Shown one piece after another: positions 56,517-64,000 of a DNA stretch of 64,000 bases. Source of the stretch: an uncultured Candidatus Saccharibacteria bacterium (lineage in GTDB: Bacteria > Patescibacteriota > Saccharimonadia > Saccharimonadales > JAGQNJ01). The translations under genes and the position numbers were made by a program. Positions within the stretch are counted from its first letter, which is position 1. Each line of letters starts with the position of its first letter. The notes beneath the pieces are model-generated. The model was given only the letters and a program-made list of their open reading frames with translations. It searched no databases and was not told the origin of the DNA. Location: contig OZ246406.1 of assembly GCA_965231045.1 (NCBI GenBank), positions 180,295-244,294 on the forward strand. Reading direction: 5' to 3'.

Positions 56517-56908
56517 TAGCTTAATAATACCTTTCTAAATACTTTATCTAAACCATAGTCCACCATTGCAACAAATAAGGCGAAAATAATAGCAAAGACA
56601 AATACGGCAATAGTTAGCTGGATTGTTTGCCTTCTATTAGGCCATGTTACTTGTTTAAGCTCCTTCCAGCTCTCTCGAAAATAACTTGGGACAAAACTCC
56701 GACGTTTGTTAAGGAATCTACCAACCTTATTGTCAGGCAACGGTAAATAAACTTCCTTTTTCCCGAAATCAACGACTTTTCTTACTGGTTTTGCAGCTTG
56801 AGTAGCAGTTGCTTTCAGTTTTCGTGGTTTTGCAGATTTACTTCGTGACTGTTCCGCCTTTTGACGAAACGAAGTGCCTTTGCTAGATTTTTTAGTATCT
56901 TTAGCCAT
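56516..56908 (-). CDS. secE: Preprotein translocase subunit SecE with a basic N-terminal extension
   Basis: C-terminal ELKQVTWPNRRQT followed by a single TM. TAATG overlap with nusG. Confidence 0.85.
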   Translation of the reverse strand: MAKDTKKSSKGTSFRQKAEQSRSKSAKPRKLKATATQAAKPVRKVVDFGKKEVYLPLPDNKVGRFLNKRRSFVPSYFRESWKELKQVTWPNRRQTIQLTIAVFVFAIIFALFVAMVDYGLDKVFRKVLLS

Positions 56909-56919
56909 ATTTCTCCAAT

Positions 56920-56945
56920 TAAAAAGCCTACTAATATAGTAGGGC
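56920..56945 (-). terminator. Terminator-like hairpin plus U5, 11 nt upstream of the secE start codon
   Basis: On the minus strand AGCCCTACTA / TAGTAGGCT form a stem (one bulge), followed by TTTTT and then the GGAGA Shine-Dalgarno of secE. Confidence 0.45.
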
Positions 56946-57027
56946 TCGATATGTCAATATTACCTTACTTTATTACTGAGGTCAATACATGGAAGGCATT
57001 GACTAAAGTTACGCTAGGTGGCATAAT

Positions 57028-57294
57028 ATGTGTATGGTTGACATCCAGGACTTGCCTATTTACTACGATACCGAAGAGATTGAATCGCCACCTAGTTTTC
57101 GTTCACGAGCTATATGTGCGATTGGTTATACTTGCGCGTTAATATCTGGTGTGAGCGGCGGTGAAGCAATTGGTGAACTAGTGCGTGGCGATAACTCGCT
57201 AGCTTTGATAGAAGGAATTACTGCGGTTACTTGTCAATTTGGGGGTCAAATGACTCTACGTCTAGCCAAAATGGTGGAGTCAAATCATTCCTGA
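57028..57294 (+). CDS. hypothetical protein, 88 aa (weakly supported)
   Basis: AGGTGG lies 6 nt before the ATG. It overlaps the convergent kinase gene by 10 nt. No motif recognised. Confidence 0.3.
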   Translation: MCMVDIQDLPIYYDTEEIESPPSFRSRAICAIGYTCALISGVSGGEAIGELVRGDNSLALIEGITAVTCQFGGQMTLRLAKMVESNHS

Positions 57295-58400
57295 TTTAAA
57301 TCAGGAATTCTAATCCGAAAGGTACTCCCCTTATTGAGCTCACTTTCAAGATCTAATTCGGCATGAATTAGACGAGCTAGCTTCATTGTTACATATAGGC
57401 CTAGACCAGTTCCATTGTTTTTTCGAGTCCTGAAGTCTTCTGAGCGGAAAAACTTATCGAATACACGCTCCTTATCGCCCTGGCTTATGCCTATCCCGGT
57501 GTCACGAACATAAAATTCAACGCCACCTTCTTTGGCTATTGCTCCCATAGTAACCGAACCCTGTTCGGTATATTTAATGGCATTGGTTACAAAGTTCTGG
57601 ATGATTTCACGAACATATAATTTGCTTGATTTTAGAAGCTCTAGTTTGGGGTCAAGTTCAAGATTAAGTTGTAAGCCTTTTTGTTCAGCTTGAGGTCTAT
57701 AGGTATTAACTAGACCTTGGAGTAGTTCATGAATGTTAATTGGCTCAACCTCAACTGCTAGTTTACCTCTTTCGGCTCGCGAAAGCGTTGAAAGATCATT
57801 GATCATATCACTAAGAAAGATAATTTGGTCATGGGCTTGAGTTAGCGCATCAATAATTTGTTTGCTGCTATTGGACTTCTGGGCTATCAAGAGAGCATTA
57901 CTAATGTTACCCTCTGAAATAGCAATTGGCGTTCTCAGCTCATGACTAACAACACTAATGAATTCATCCCTTTCCTCTTCTAACGATTTTTCTCGGGTAA
58001 TATCACGAAGCAGTAGAACATAGCCGCGCTCACCACGTTGGCCAAAACCAAGATGTACCGGCGCAATGCTTAGATAAAGGTTGATTGTACTTTTGTCCGG
58101 ATACTCAATTAAATAATCTCGGTATGACACAGGTGTTTTGGCATCATAGACTAGTTTCTGGATGTTTACTTCTTGCTTATTTTTGTCGACTAACTTGAAC
58201 AAACCAAGCAATTGTTTGCCCGTCATCGAACTATTAACGTCAAGAATGTTCAAAGCAGCACCGTTATATATGACCACTCTTTGTTTTTGATCAACAGCTA
58301 TAACACCGTCGGCCATGCTATTAATTAAGCTAGTTAGACGTTCATGATCGACAGCCCCACTTCTTGTTGTTGGCAGAATACTTGAAAGATTTGGACGCAT
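57285..58400 (-). CDS. Cytoplasmic PAS-domain sensor histidine kinase
   Basis: H-box SHELRTPI. N, G1 and G2 boxes (NFVTNAIKYT, DTGIGI, GTGLGL). No TM. No response regulator adjacent. Confidence 0.85.
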   Translation of the reverse strand: MRPNLSSILPTTRSGAVDHERLTSLINSMADGVIAVDQKQRVVIYNGAALNILDVNSSMTGKQLLGLFKLVDKNKQEVNIQKLVYDAKTPVSYRDYLIEYPDKSTINLYLSIAPVHLGFGQRGERGYVLLLRDITREKSLEEERDEFISVVSHELRTPIAISEGNISNALLIAQKSNSSKQIIDALTQAHDQIIFLSDMINDLSTLSRAERGKLAVEVEPINIHELLQGLVNTYRPQAEQKGLQLNLELDPKLELLKSSKLYVREIIQNFVTNAIKYTEQGSVTMGAIAKEGGVEFYVRDTGIGISQGDKERVFDKFFRSEDFRTRKNNGTGLGLYVTMKLARLIHAELDLESELNKGSTFRIRIPDLNQE

Positions 58401-58427
58401 GGGTACATTATGCCATACTTGCTTATG

Positions 58428-59126
58428 CTATTGTGGTAATAATTGTGGATGAAATTGATGCATTTCCTTGCGTAGACTCTTAGCATCAGGCACTAAATCA
58501 GTTAATGCTTGCCAAAACTCTGAACCGTGATGCATGTGCTTTGTGTGCGTTAACTCATGAAAAATCACATAATCAATGTATTTCCATGGAAGTTGGATCA
58601 AGAATATGTTAAATACTAAGTTCTTGTTAGCATCACAGCTGCCCCAACGCCGTTTCAACTTTTTAAAATGCAGAGTATTAAAATCTAGACCGAATTCGTA
58701 CGACAAATCATGAATACGAGATGTTAAAAGTTCCTTTGATTCCTTAAGTAGGGCTCTCTCACAGGCTTTTAGGATAGTGTCTTGGTTCTCAACACTTTCA
58801 ACATCAGAATTGCGCGGAATTAACACTTTTACTTCTCTGTCTGTAACTCGTGTTTTCGGCTTATTGATGTCAGCTGACTCAATAGTAAGTTGATGTTGTT
58901 TGCCAATTAGAGCCCCAGTTGCCAAAGTTGGCCTTTGTGTAATGTGTTCGTGGATCCATTCTTTTCGACTGTACACAAACTTTACAGCTTCGCCGTAACT
59001 AACCCAATTAGGGAGCGTTACTCGAACGGAATGCCCTTGAATGTGTATTCTTACAGAGCCTGTTCCACGCCGTTTTTGGAAATAAACCATGCCGACATCT
59101 TTGACTTCGAGCTGTTTAACAGCCAT
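58428..59126 (-). CDS. DUF45/YgjP-like zinc metallohydrolase (M48-like HExxH)
   Basis: RWGSC and HELTHTKHMHHGSEFW motifs. Confidence 0.8.
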   Translation of the reverse strand: MAVKQLEVKDVGMVYFQKRRGTGSVRIHIQGHSVRVTLPNWVSYGEAVKFVYSRKEWIHEHITQRPTLATGALIGKQHQLTIESADINKPKTRVTDREVKVLIPRNSDVESVENQDTILKACERALLKESKELLTSRIHDLSYEFGLDFNTLHFKKLKRRWGSCDANKNLVFNIFLIQLPWKYIDYVIFHELTHTKHMHHGSEFWQALTDLVPDAKSLRKEMHQFHPQLLPQ

Positions 59127-59130
59127 GGCC

Positions 59131-59787
59131 TTAACGGATGGTAATATTTCGTCGGCTTAGATCAACACGGCCAGCTGACGGCACGAGATTGACCATACCC
59201 GGCTTAATTACACCCTCTGATACCTTCTCAGCGTTAGTTAGGTTGAGTTCAAAAAGTCGTTTCATCAATGTACTTCGTTGCATAGCAAAAGAATGTTTAC
59301 CACTAAGTACAAAAAAATCTTCATCCTTGGTTGGGTGCTGCATGGTATTTATATAGCTATCAAACTCAGTCCGATTAAAATCTCGGGCAAATTTATCATC
59401 GATTTTACGCTTATCACGCTTATTGACTCGAGCAAATGCACCCTCAATATCAATCTGGAACCAAGCTAATAAGTATTGGGCATGTTGTTTGCGGGCTGTT
59501 TCACGTAGTTTTCTGCGTTGTGAGACCCTATTAACATCTGCATCATAGATAACACTAACACCGGCACTCAGAAACTCATCCATCATATACTCAACTAAAT
59601 GATCGACTACTTGATTTTCTGACTTATCAAATCGAGGTTTTTGAAATAACTCAGCGCGAATTCTATCTGATTGAATGTGAACAGCTTGTAAGTTGTCGCA
59701 TAACTGTCTGGCAAAAGAACTCTTACCAGAACCTGGAAAACCGTAAAGTACTAATAGAAGTGGTTTATTCAAAATTGTTTTTGACAT
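59131..59787 (-). CDS. P-loop kinase (AAA_33-like), paralog 3
   Basis: Walker A GFPGSGKSS. Overall layout resembles 8134-8649. Confidence 0.7.
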   Translation of the reverse strand: MSKTILNKPLLLVLYGFPGSGKSSFARQLCDNLQAVHIQSDRIRAELFQKPRFDKSENQVVDHLVEYMMDEFLSAGVSVIYDADVNRVSQRRKLRETARKQHAQYLLAWFQIDIEGAFARVNKRDKRKIDDKFARDFNRTEFDSYINTMQHPTKDEDFFVLSGKHSFAMQRSTLMKRLFELNLTNAEKVSEGVIKPGMVNLVPSAGRVDLSRRNITIR

Positions 59788-59834
59788 CAGATATACTTAT
59801 ATCAGTTTTACTGGGCAATGGAAAGTGCTTGCTG

Positions 59835-59863
59835 CTGACAAAACAGGGAAAATCGAGTAATAT
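59835..59863 (+). promoter_or_regulatory. Candidate promoter for tRNA-Trp
   Basis: CTGACA (59835-59840), 17-nt spacer, TAATAT (59858-59863). It lies about 45 nt upstream of the tRNA. Confidence 0.45.
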
Positions 59864-59912
59864 GTTTATGTTCGTTCCCTAGTGAATTACAGGAGCACAG
59901 TTTTAACAATTT

Positions 59913-59989
59913 AGGGGTGTAGCTCAGTTGGCCAGAGCACAGGTCTCCAAAACCTGGTGTCGGGGGTTCAAGTCCCTCCACCCCTGCCA
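59913..59989 (+). tRNA. tRNA-Trp (anticodon CCA), CCA end encoded
   Basis: AGGGGTGTAGCTCAGTTGG...CU-CCA-AA...GGTTCAAGTCCCTCCACCCCTGCCA. Confidence 0.95.
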
Positions 59990-60040
59990 AAGTCCTGATA
60001 TTTAGATTCGTGAATCCTCTCACGAATTAAGGTACATTAA

Positions 60041-60064
60041 GAAAAAACCGCCTTTTGGGCGGTT
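60041..60064 (-). terminator. Rho-independent terminator downstream of rpmG
   Basis: The minus strand reads AACCGCC-CAAAA-GGCGGTT followed by TTTTC. Confidence 0.65.
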
Positions 60065-60067
60065 AAT

Positions 60068-60271
60068 TTATTTCTTAGGCTTTACTTCGTTTCGGCCAAG
60101 GTTCTTCTTGGTCTCAACATATAAGACGTGCTTTCTAAGTACTGGATCATACTTCTTAAGTTCCAGCTTTTCAGGACTATTCATAGTGTTTTTGACAGTA
60201 TAATAATGACGATGTCCAGACTCTTCTGACACCAATCCTATGATCTTTCGTTTTCCTGACTTCTTTGCCAT
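60068..60271 (-). CDS. rpmG: 50S ribosomal protein L33 (Cys-less form, basic C-terminal tail)
   Basis: [33 protein letters not shown] matches the L33 core. Confidence 0.85.
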   Translation of the reverse strand: MAKKSGKRKIIGLVSEESGHRHYYTVKNTMNSPEKLELKKYDPVLRKHVLYVETKKNLGRNEVKPKK

Positions 60272-60320
60272 AACTTGTAGATATTAACAGATAAGCTCTT
60301 ACTTGTAAACAGATAAAAAT

Positions 60321-60395
<75 letters not shown>

Positions 60396-60430
60396 ATATA
60401 ACTTGAGTGATTTTACCAGATATTGGCAAT

Positions 60431-60820
60431 TTATACAGCTACTACTTGTTGTTTGTCATCACTACATTCAAAACCGTCGCCCCCTGAGGTAAGGTATGAT
60501 TCTCTATCAAATACATCATTAATACTGTCGGTGTAAACCTTACCAGGTAAACGTAGATCTTGGACGACTCTAATCATTTTAACTTCTTCATGAAGCCTAA
60601 GATGATCTGTAGCTTTATAGCCAAGAATGCGATAGTGAGCCGTCAACTCTGGGTCATATTCAACACTTTCTACACCAGCAGTAATATGCTGATCATGCTC
60701 AACGTAAACTTTTGTTTTTAGGGCTGCCTCCTCATGATCAGTAGCTCGCACATGAAAATATGCAGATCCTAAACGCTCTGGCTCTCCCATCTGGACATGA
60801 AACCAACTATTTTTTGGCAT
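60431..60820 (-). CDS. hypothetical protein, 129 aa, His/Asp/Glu-rich
   Basis: Intact ORF between tRNA-Thr(GGU) and the next ORF. No family recognised. Confidence 0.5.
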   Translation of the reverse strand: MPKNSWFHVQMGEPERLGSAYFHVRATDHEEAALKTKVYVEHDQHITAGVESVEYDPELTAHYRILGYKATDHLRLHEEVKMIRVVQDLRLPGKVYTDSINDVFDRESYLTSGGDGFECSDDKQQVVAV

Positions 60821-60888
60821 TTTTGTCTCCCTACTTATCTTGACATTAACATATAGTTAGACGATCGTAAAGAAGCTTAAGCTAGATT

Positions 60889-61440
60889 TTATGAGTTTGG
60901 TTTTGGTTCAAAAGCCATGGAAACTACAAGTGCACTCATGGTCCGGGAAGCATCATGGCGTATTTCACCAAATTCGATTGCTGCTTGTGTACCAAACAGC
61001 TGTACAAGTGTTTCCTTAGTGACCGGGTTCATTGGATCATACAATATAGGTCTTACACCTGCATTCCACGAATAAAGGTTAATTAGAGATTTATCAACTG
61101 TAAAAGCGTCATCCTCTATGGTTTTCCTGATAACTGCCCCACCGAGATAGGAGCCTAAAAGTGCCGCTTCAGCCAACTCCGGTCCACGTTCTTTAATTGT
61201 AACTTCAAACATTTTTTCAATAGCAGTTGAAAGTGGCGCTAAATTTGCTACTAGCCAGTCATGCTCTTTTTTGCGATATTCATCTGGATCTTGAGATCTA
61301 GCCTCTAGAAGAGCGCCACGTACAGTATCAGGATCAATGCAATCAATTCTTAATAATTCTGAAATGTCAGGTATATCTGTAGGTAGTGGGCTATGCCGTC
61401 TTTTATGGCTTCTAGTTTTCTGCACTCCAGTATAGGTCAT
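60889..61440 (-). CDS. hypothetical protein, 183 aa
   Basis: GGAG Shine-Dalgarno before the ATG at 61440, which lies 13 nt after the tRNA-Tyr 3' end. The longer ORF-track model reads through the tRNA and is rejected. Confidence 0.55.
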   Translation of the reverse strand: MTYTGVQKTRSHKRRHSPLPTDIPDISELLRIDCIDPDTVRGALLEARSQDPDEYRKKEHDWLVANLAPLSTAIEKMFEVTIKERGPELAEAALLGSYLGGAVIRKTIEDDAFTVDKSLINLYSWNAGVRPILYDPMNPVTKETLVQLFGTQAAIEFGEIRHDASRTMSALVVSMAFEPKPNS

Positions 61441-61453
61441 TATTACTCCAGTT

Positions 61454-61539
61454 TGGTGCAGGGGGAGGGATTCGAACCCCCGAAGGCATAAGCCAGCAGA
61501 TTTACAGTCTGCCGTGTTTGACCGCTTCACTACCCCTGC
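61454..61539 (-). tRNA. tRNA-Tyr (anticodon GUA), long variable arm, CCA encoded
   Basis: The rc reads GCAGGGGTAGTGAAGCGGTCAAAC...CU-GUA-AA...GGTTCGAATCCCTCCCCCTGCACCA. Confidence 0.95.
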
Positions 61540-61635
61540 TTGTATGAAGGCCGAAGCCTCCAAATTGTTAACACCTGCCTGACTTCCCTCACAAAGAAGT
61601 ACTCTAGATTTAGACACTCTCGCAATAGGTCTAAA

Positions 61636-61648
61636 TGGAGCCGCCTGT
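61636..61648 (-). pseudogene. 13-nt exact copy of the 3' end of tRNA-Thr(UGU)
   Basis: tggagccgcctgt is identical to 61707-61719 (rc of the tRNA acceptor 3' strand plus CCA). No T-loop follows. Confidence 0.5.
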
Positions 61649-61706
61649 ATTAGCATACAGTTGCTCCTCGGAAACTTCTTGCCAGCATGCTGACAGAGCT
61701 TTCCTC

Positions 61707-61783
61707 TGGAGCCGCCTGTCGGATTCGAACCGACGACCTACGGTTTACAAAACCGTCGCTCTAACCAACTGAGCTAAGGCGGC
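61707..61783 (-). tRNA. tRNA-Thr (anticodon UGU), CCA encoded
   Basis: The rc reads GCCGCCTTAGCTCAGTTGGTTAGAGC...UU-UGU-AA...GGTTCGAATCCGACAGGCGGCTCCA. Confidence 0.95.
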
Positions 61784-61840
61784 AAAACGCTTCAATAAGC
61801 ACTGAAAAAGTGTATCAGAACAGAGGTTAAAAAACAACGA

Positions 61841-62494
61841 TTATATAACAACACGTCGTTTAGGTCGTAAAATTCGTTTTGGCTTCTTTGCAGTTGATGC
61901 CTTATTAAGTTTTTTGGCAATTATTTTAGCTTCTTCTTCACGACCATGAGTTTCATAGGCTTTCATGAGTAAGGTCAGAGACTCTTTACTTGGCTCAAGT
62001 TCAACGGCTTTTTCTAGTTCTTGAAACAGTAATTTTTCGTTGCCAAGTTTTTCTTGAACTTTGGCATATGCAATATGTCTAGCTGCTAGTGTGTCTTCTA
62101 ATTTTAGGGCTTGTTCAAAGGCAGTTGCCGCTTTTTCATAATTCTCTGTTTCGTAATAAATCAAGCCAAGGTTATGTAAGCTTGATGGGCTAACTTCCAT
62201 GCTGGACGCAATCTCAAAGCAGTCGATAGCATCTTTATACTCTTTCTGCTTGGCATAAAGAATACCGAGGCGGTTGTATGCAGCCGCATTCTTTTCATCA
62301 ATTCTTAAAATTGTCAGAAGGGCCTTCTCAGCTCTTAAAAACCGATTTTCTCGCATTCCTTGATGCGCAATATCCCATAGATTACCTAGCTTATCACTTA
62401 TCTTACGCGGCAATGGCGACAATTCTTCTTCACGAAGTTGAGCGCTTCTGTATGCGATGATTCCGAATCCGACTACAAGAGCTAATTCAAACAT
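61841..62494 (-). CDS. Membrane-anchored tetratricopeptide (TPR) repeat protein
   Basis: N-terminal TM followed by four or five TPR-like 34-aa repeats (AAYNRLGILYAKQKEYKDAIDCFE and similar). Confidence 0.75.
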   Translation of the reverse strand: MFELALVVGFGIIAYRSAQLREEELSPLPRKISDKLGNLWDIAHQGMRENRFLRAEKALLTILRIDEKNAAAYNRLGILYAKQKEYKDAIDCFEIASSMEVSPSSLHNLGLIYYETENYEKAATAFEQALKLEDTLAARHIAYAKVQEKLGNEKLLFQELEKAVELEPSKESLTLLMKAYETHGREEEAKIIAKKLNKASTAKKPKRILRPKRRVVI

Positions 62495-62510
62495 ATGTTC
62501 TTCAATTATA

Positions 62511-63362
62511 CTACAGACTCATCATTATATGCGTGAGCAGTAGTTTATTTTGGGGCTTATAGGCAAGTTCGTCTTGAGCACTATGAATGGTCTTACAGCG
62601 TTTGTACCATTCTGTAATTCGCTTTTGATCGTCCTTTTCAACAGCAACTTTTAATGCTGCGTTGCAAACACTATATATAGCGTTAAGTAGTTGAATCGTG
62701 TCCTTATTTGCTAACTCATTAACTAACAGTAGCCTTTCATAAGTCGTCTTTTTAAGTATTTCTTTAGCCAAATTGATATTTGCCGCCAGCGGATGCTCTT
62801 CATCGGTATTTAGCAGTGTATGCATTAAACCTATATTGCCATCACTCATATGGTAGGCTTTTATTACTTCTGGCTGATCATTTGTACTAAAGAATTCTAA
62901 AACGTCTGCTTTGGCTGGTTTCATAATAGCTATCTCGCGTATTCTTGAACGAATTGTTGCGAGAAGTTTTTGGGGCTGACTAGATGTTAGTATTAAGACC
63001 GTATCTTTAGGAGGCTCTTCTAAAAGCTTCAGTAATGCGTTCTGAGCCTCTAAAGTCATCAGCTCGGCCTGCTCAATCACAACTAATCGTCTTATTGAAT
63101 CACTGCCAGTAGTTTTTAGTAGTAAAAAGTTCTTTAGCTCACGTACTTGATCGATGGTTATACTGCCCTCAGGTGTAATTTGTTGGTAATAAGGGTGTCG
63201 TAATAGATTTAAATGGTCGACGTTCAACAGTGTTGTGGCAATGTATTGAGCAATACTTAGTTTACCGACGCCAATATTGCCTACAAGTAGAAGGCCATGA
63301 ACAGGTTTTTCCACAAAAACAGTAACTTGTCCCAACGTTTTAGGATGTAAAACTAGCTCCAT
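62511..63362 (-). CDS. holB: DNA polymerase III subunit delta prime
   Basis: Degenerate P-loop GNIGVGKLS, LLKLLEEPP and TIRSR motifs. Confidence 0.8.
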   Translation of the reverse strand: MELVLHPKTLGQVTVFVEKPVHGLLLVGNIGVGKLSIAQYIATTLLNVDHLNLLRHPYYQQITPEGSITIDQVRELKNFLLLKTTGSDSIRRLVVIEQAELMTLEAQNALLKLLEEPPKDTVLILTSSQPQKLLATIRSRIREIAIMKPAKADVLEFFSTNDQPEVIKAYHMSDGNIGLMHTLLNTDEEHPLAANINLAKEILKKTTYERLLLVNELANKDTIQLLNAIYSVCNAALKVAVEKDDQKRITEWYKRCKTIHSAQDELAYKPQNKLLLTHIMMSL

Positions 63363-63364
63363 AG

Positions 63365-64000
63365 TTATTTCATTATAGCGTTGAATGACTCAGGTAGCTT
63401 AGAAATGAATATTTTTCTTTCACGAGAAGGCAATGTTAGTTCTAATTTATTTGCGTGAAGATATAGTCTCTCAGCATCTTTGCCCCCATAAAGTATATCG
63501 CCTACAATTGGATGACCTAAGTAGTTTAAGTGAACTCGCAGCTGATGTGTTCTTCCCGTCTGAGGCTTTAATTCTACAAGGCTATATTTCTCTGACCTTT
63601 TTAGGGTTTCATAAGTTGTAATCGCGGGTTTACCACCAGATCCGGTTCGAAAGGTCTGTGGTTTACGAGGGTTTCGTTCAATCGGAACGTCTATTAAGGC
63701 TGTTTGAGGCTCTAAACTGCCCTCTACGACGGCAATATACGTCTTCTTGGTCTTGCGCGTTGAAAACTGCTTCTGCAGCCATTTAAGCGCTTCAGAAGTC
63801 TTAGCGGCTATAATTACACCTGATGTTGCTCTATCTAAGCGATGAACAATTCCGGCCCTGTCACCAGTCATTCCTGTTATTTTAGACGCAATAAACGTTG
63901 CAATTGTAGCTTCAGGATTAAAAGCTCCCTTTGAATGTGTCAAAATTCCAGTTGGCTTGTCGATTACAATACAATCTTTATCCTCATAAATAACAGGTAA
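63365..64000 (-). CDS. RluA-family 23S rRNA pseudouridine synthase (N-terminus runs off the window)
   Basis: The reading frame is open to nt 64000 (LPVIYEDKDCIVIDKPTGILTH). Catalytic HRLDRATSG motif. Confidence 0.85.
   Translation of the reverse strand, partial: LPVIYEDKDCIVIDKPTGILTHSKGAFNPEATIATFIASKITGMTGDRAGIVHRLDRATSGVIIAAKTSEALKWLQKQFSTRKTKKTYIAVVEGSLEPQTALIDVPIERNPRKPQTFRTGSGGKPAITTYETLKRSEKYSLVELKPQTGRTHQLRVHLNYLGHPIVGDILYGGKDAERLYLHANKLELTLPSRERKIFISKLPESFNAIMK

Noticed and set aside
57268-57279. tggtggag string resembling the reverse complement of a tmRNA or tRNA ...CTCCACCA 3' end
   Set aside because: No T-arm (GGTTCGAATCC-like) follows in either orientation. The string lies in the C-terminal coding region of the plus-strand ORF and next to the kinase stop.
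60889-61656. 255-aa ORF-track model
   Set aside because: Its first 72 codons read straight through tRNA-Tyr and the structured spacer. It was truncated to the Shine-Dalgarno-supported ATG at 61440.
61699-61706. GAGGAAAG on the minus strand, resembling the start of RNase P RNA conserved region I
   Set aside because: The following bases do not continue the GUCCGGGCUCC consensus. No other conserved regions are present, and only 166 nt are available between two tRNAs.

Overview
This is a 64-kb stretch of a compact bacterial chromosome that is roughly 90% coding and uses the standard genetic code (TGA is used as a stop). The gene content includes a sortase, VKOR, a membrane-anchored nuclease, an F-type ATPase, very little biosynthesis and many proteins with basic tails. 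This fits a reduced-genome Patescibacteria/Saccharibacteria-like organism, which is an inference from gene content only. The recognisable core is as follows:
- tRNA-Asn, smpB and trmB.
- A complete atpBEFHAGDC operon.
- A MIP channel and a UvrD-nuclease fusion.
- The end of the riboflavin pathway (kinase, ribE, ribH) and tRNA-Gln.
- Two GT4 glycosyltransferases.
- A cysS / DHH / recR / ybaB-like / dnaB / dnaX block.
- rplL-rplJ and ilvA.
- A Tmk-ThyX fusion with dcd and a T4 gp1-like dNMP kinase.
- rplA, rplK, nusG, secE and rpmG.
- tRNA-Trp, Thr(GGU), Tyr and Thr(UGU).

I saw no rRNA, CRISPR array, transposase or integrase.

The most unusual signal is a set of small, soluble, mostly acidic ORFs that I cannot assign to any family. 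They sit in junctions of operons that are normally contiguous, with overlapping stop/start codons and mostly their own Shine-Dalgarno sites. Three are inside the F1 half of the ATP synthase operon, three are inside secE-nusG-rplK-rplA, and two are inside the tRNA Thr/Tyr/Thr cluster.

Other leads:
- An insertion of about 8 kb between rplA and rplJ carries a phage-like dNTP module. It also carries an orphan two-gene operon behind a promoter and a terminator/antiterminator leader.
- A pseudoknot-capable intergenic element lies next to that leader.
- Decayed copies of tRNA 3' ends sit next to tRNA-Asn and tRNA-Thr(UGU).
- A short dispersed repeat occurs three times at the left end.
- A VanY-like paralog has all three zinc ligands replaced.
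- A CDP-alcohol phosphatidyltransferase-like protein has a stretched motif.
- RecR lacks its zinc finger.

All functional calls come from motif recognition by eye. No database search was run.
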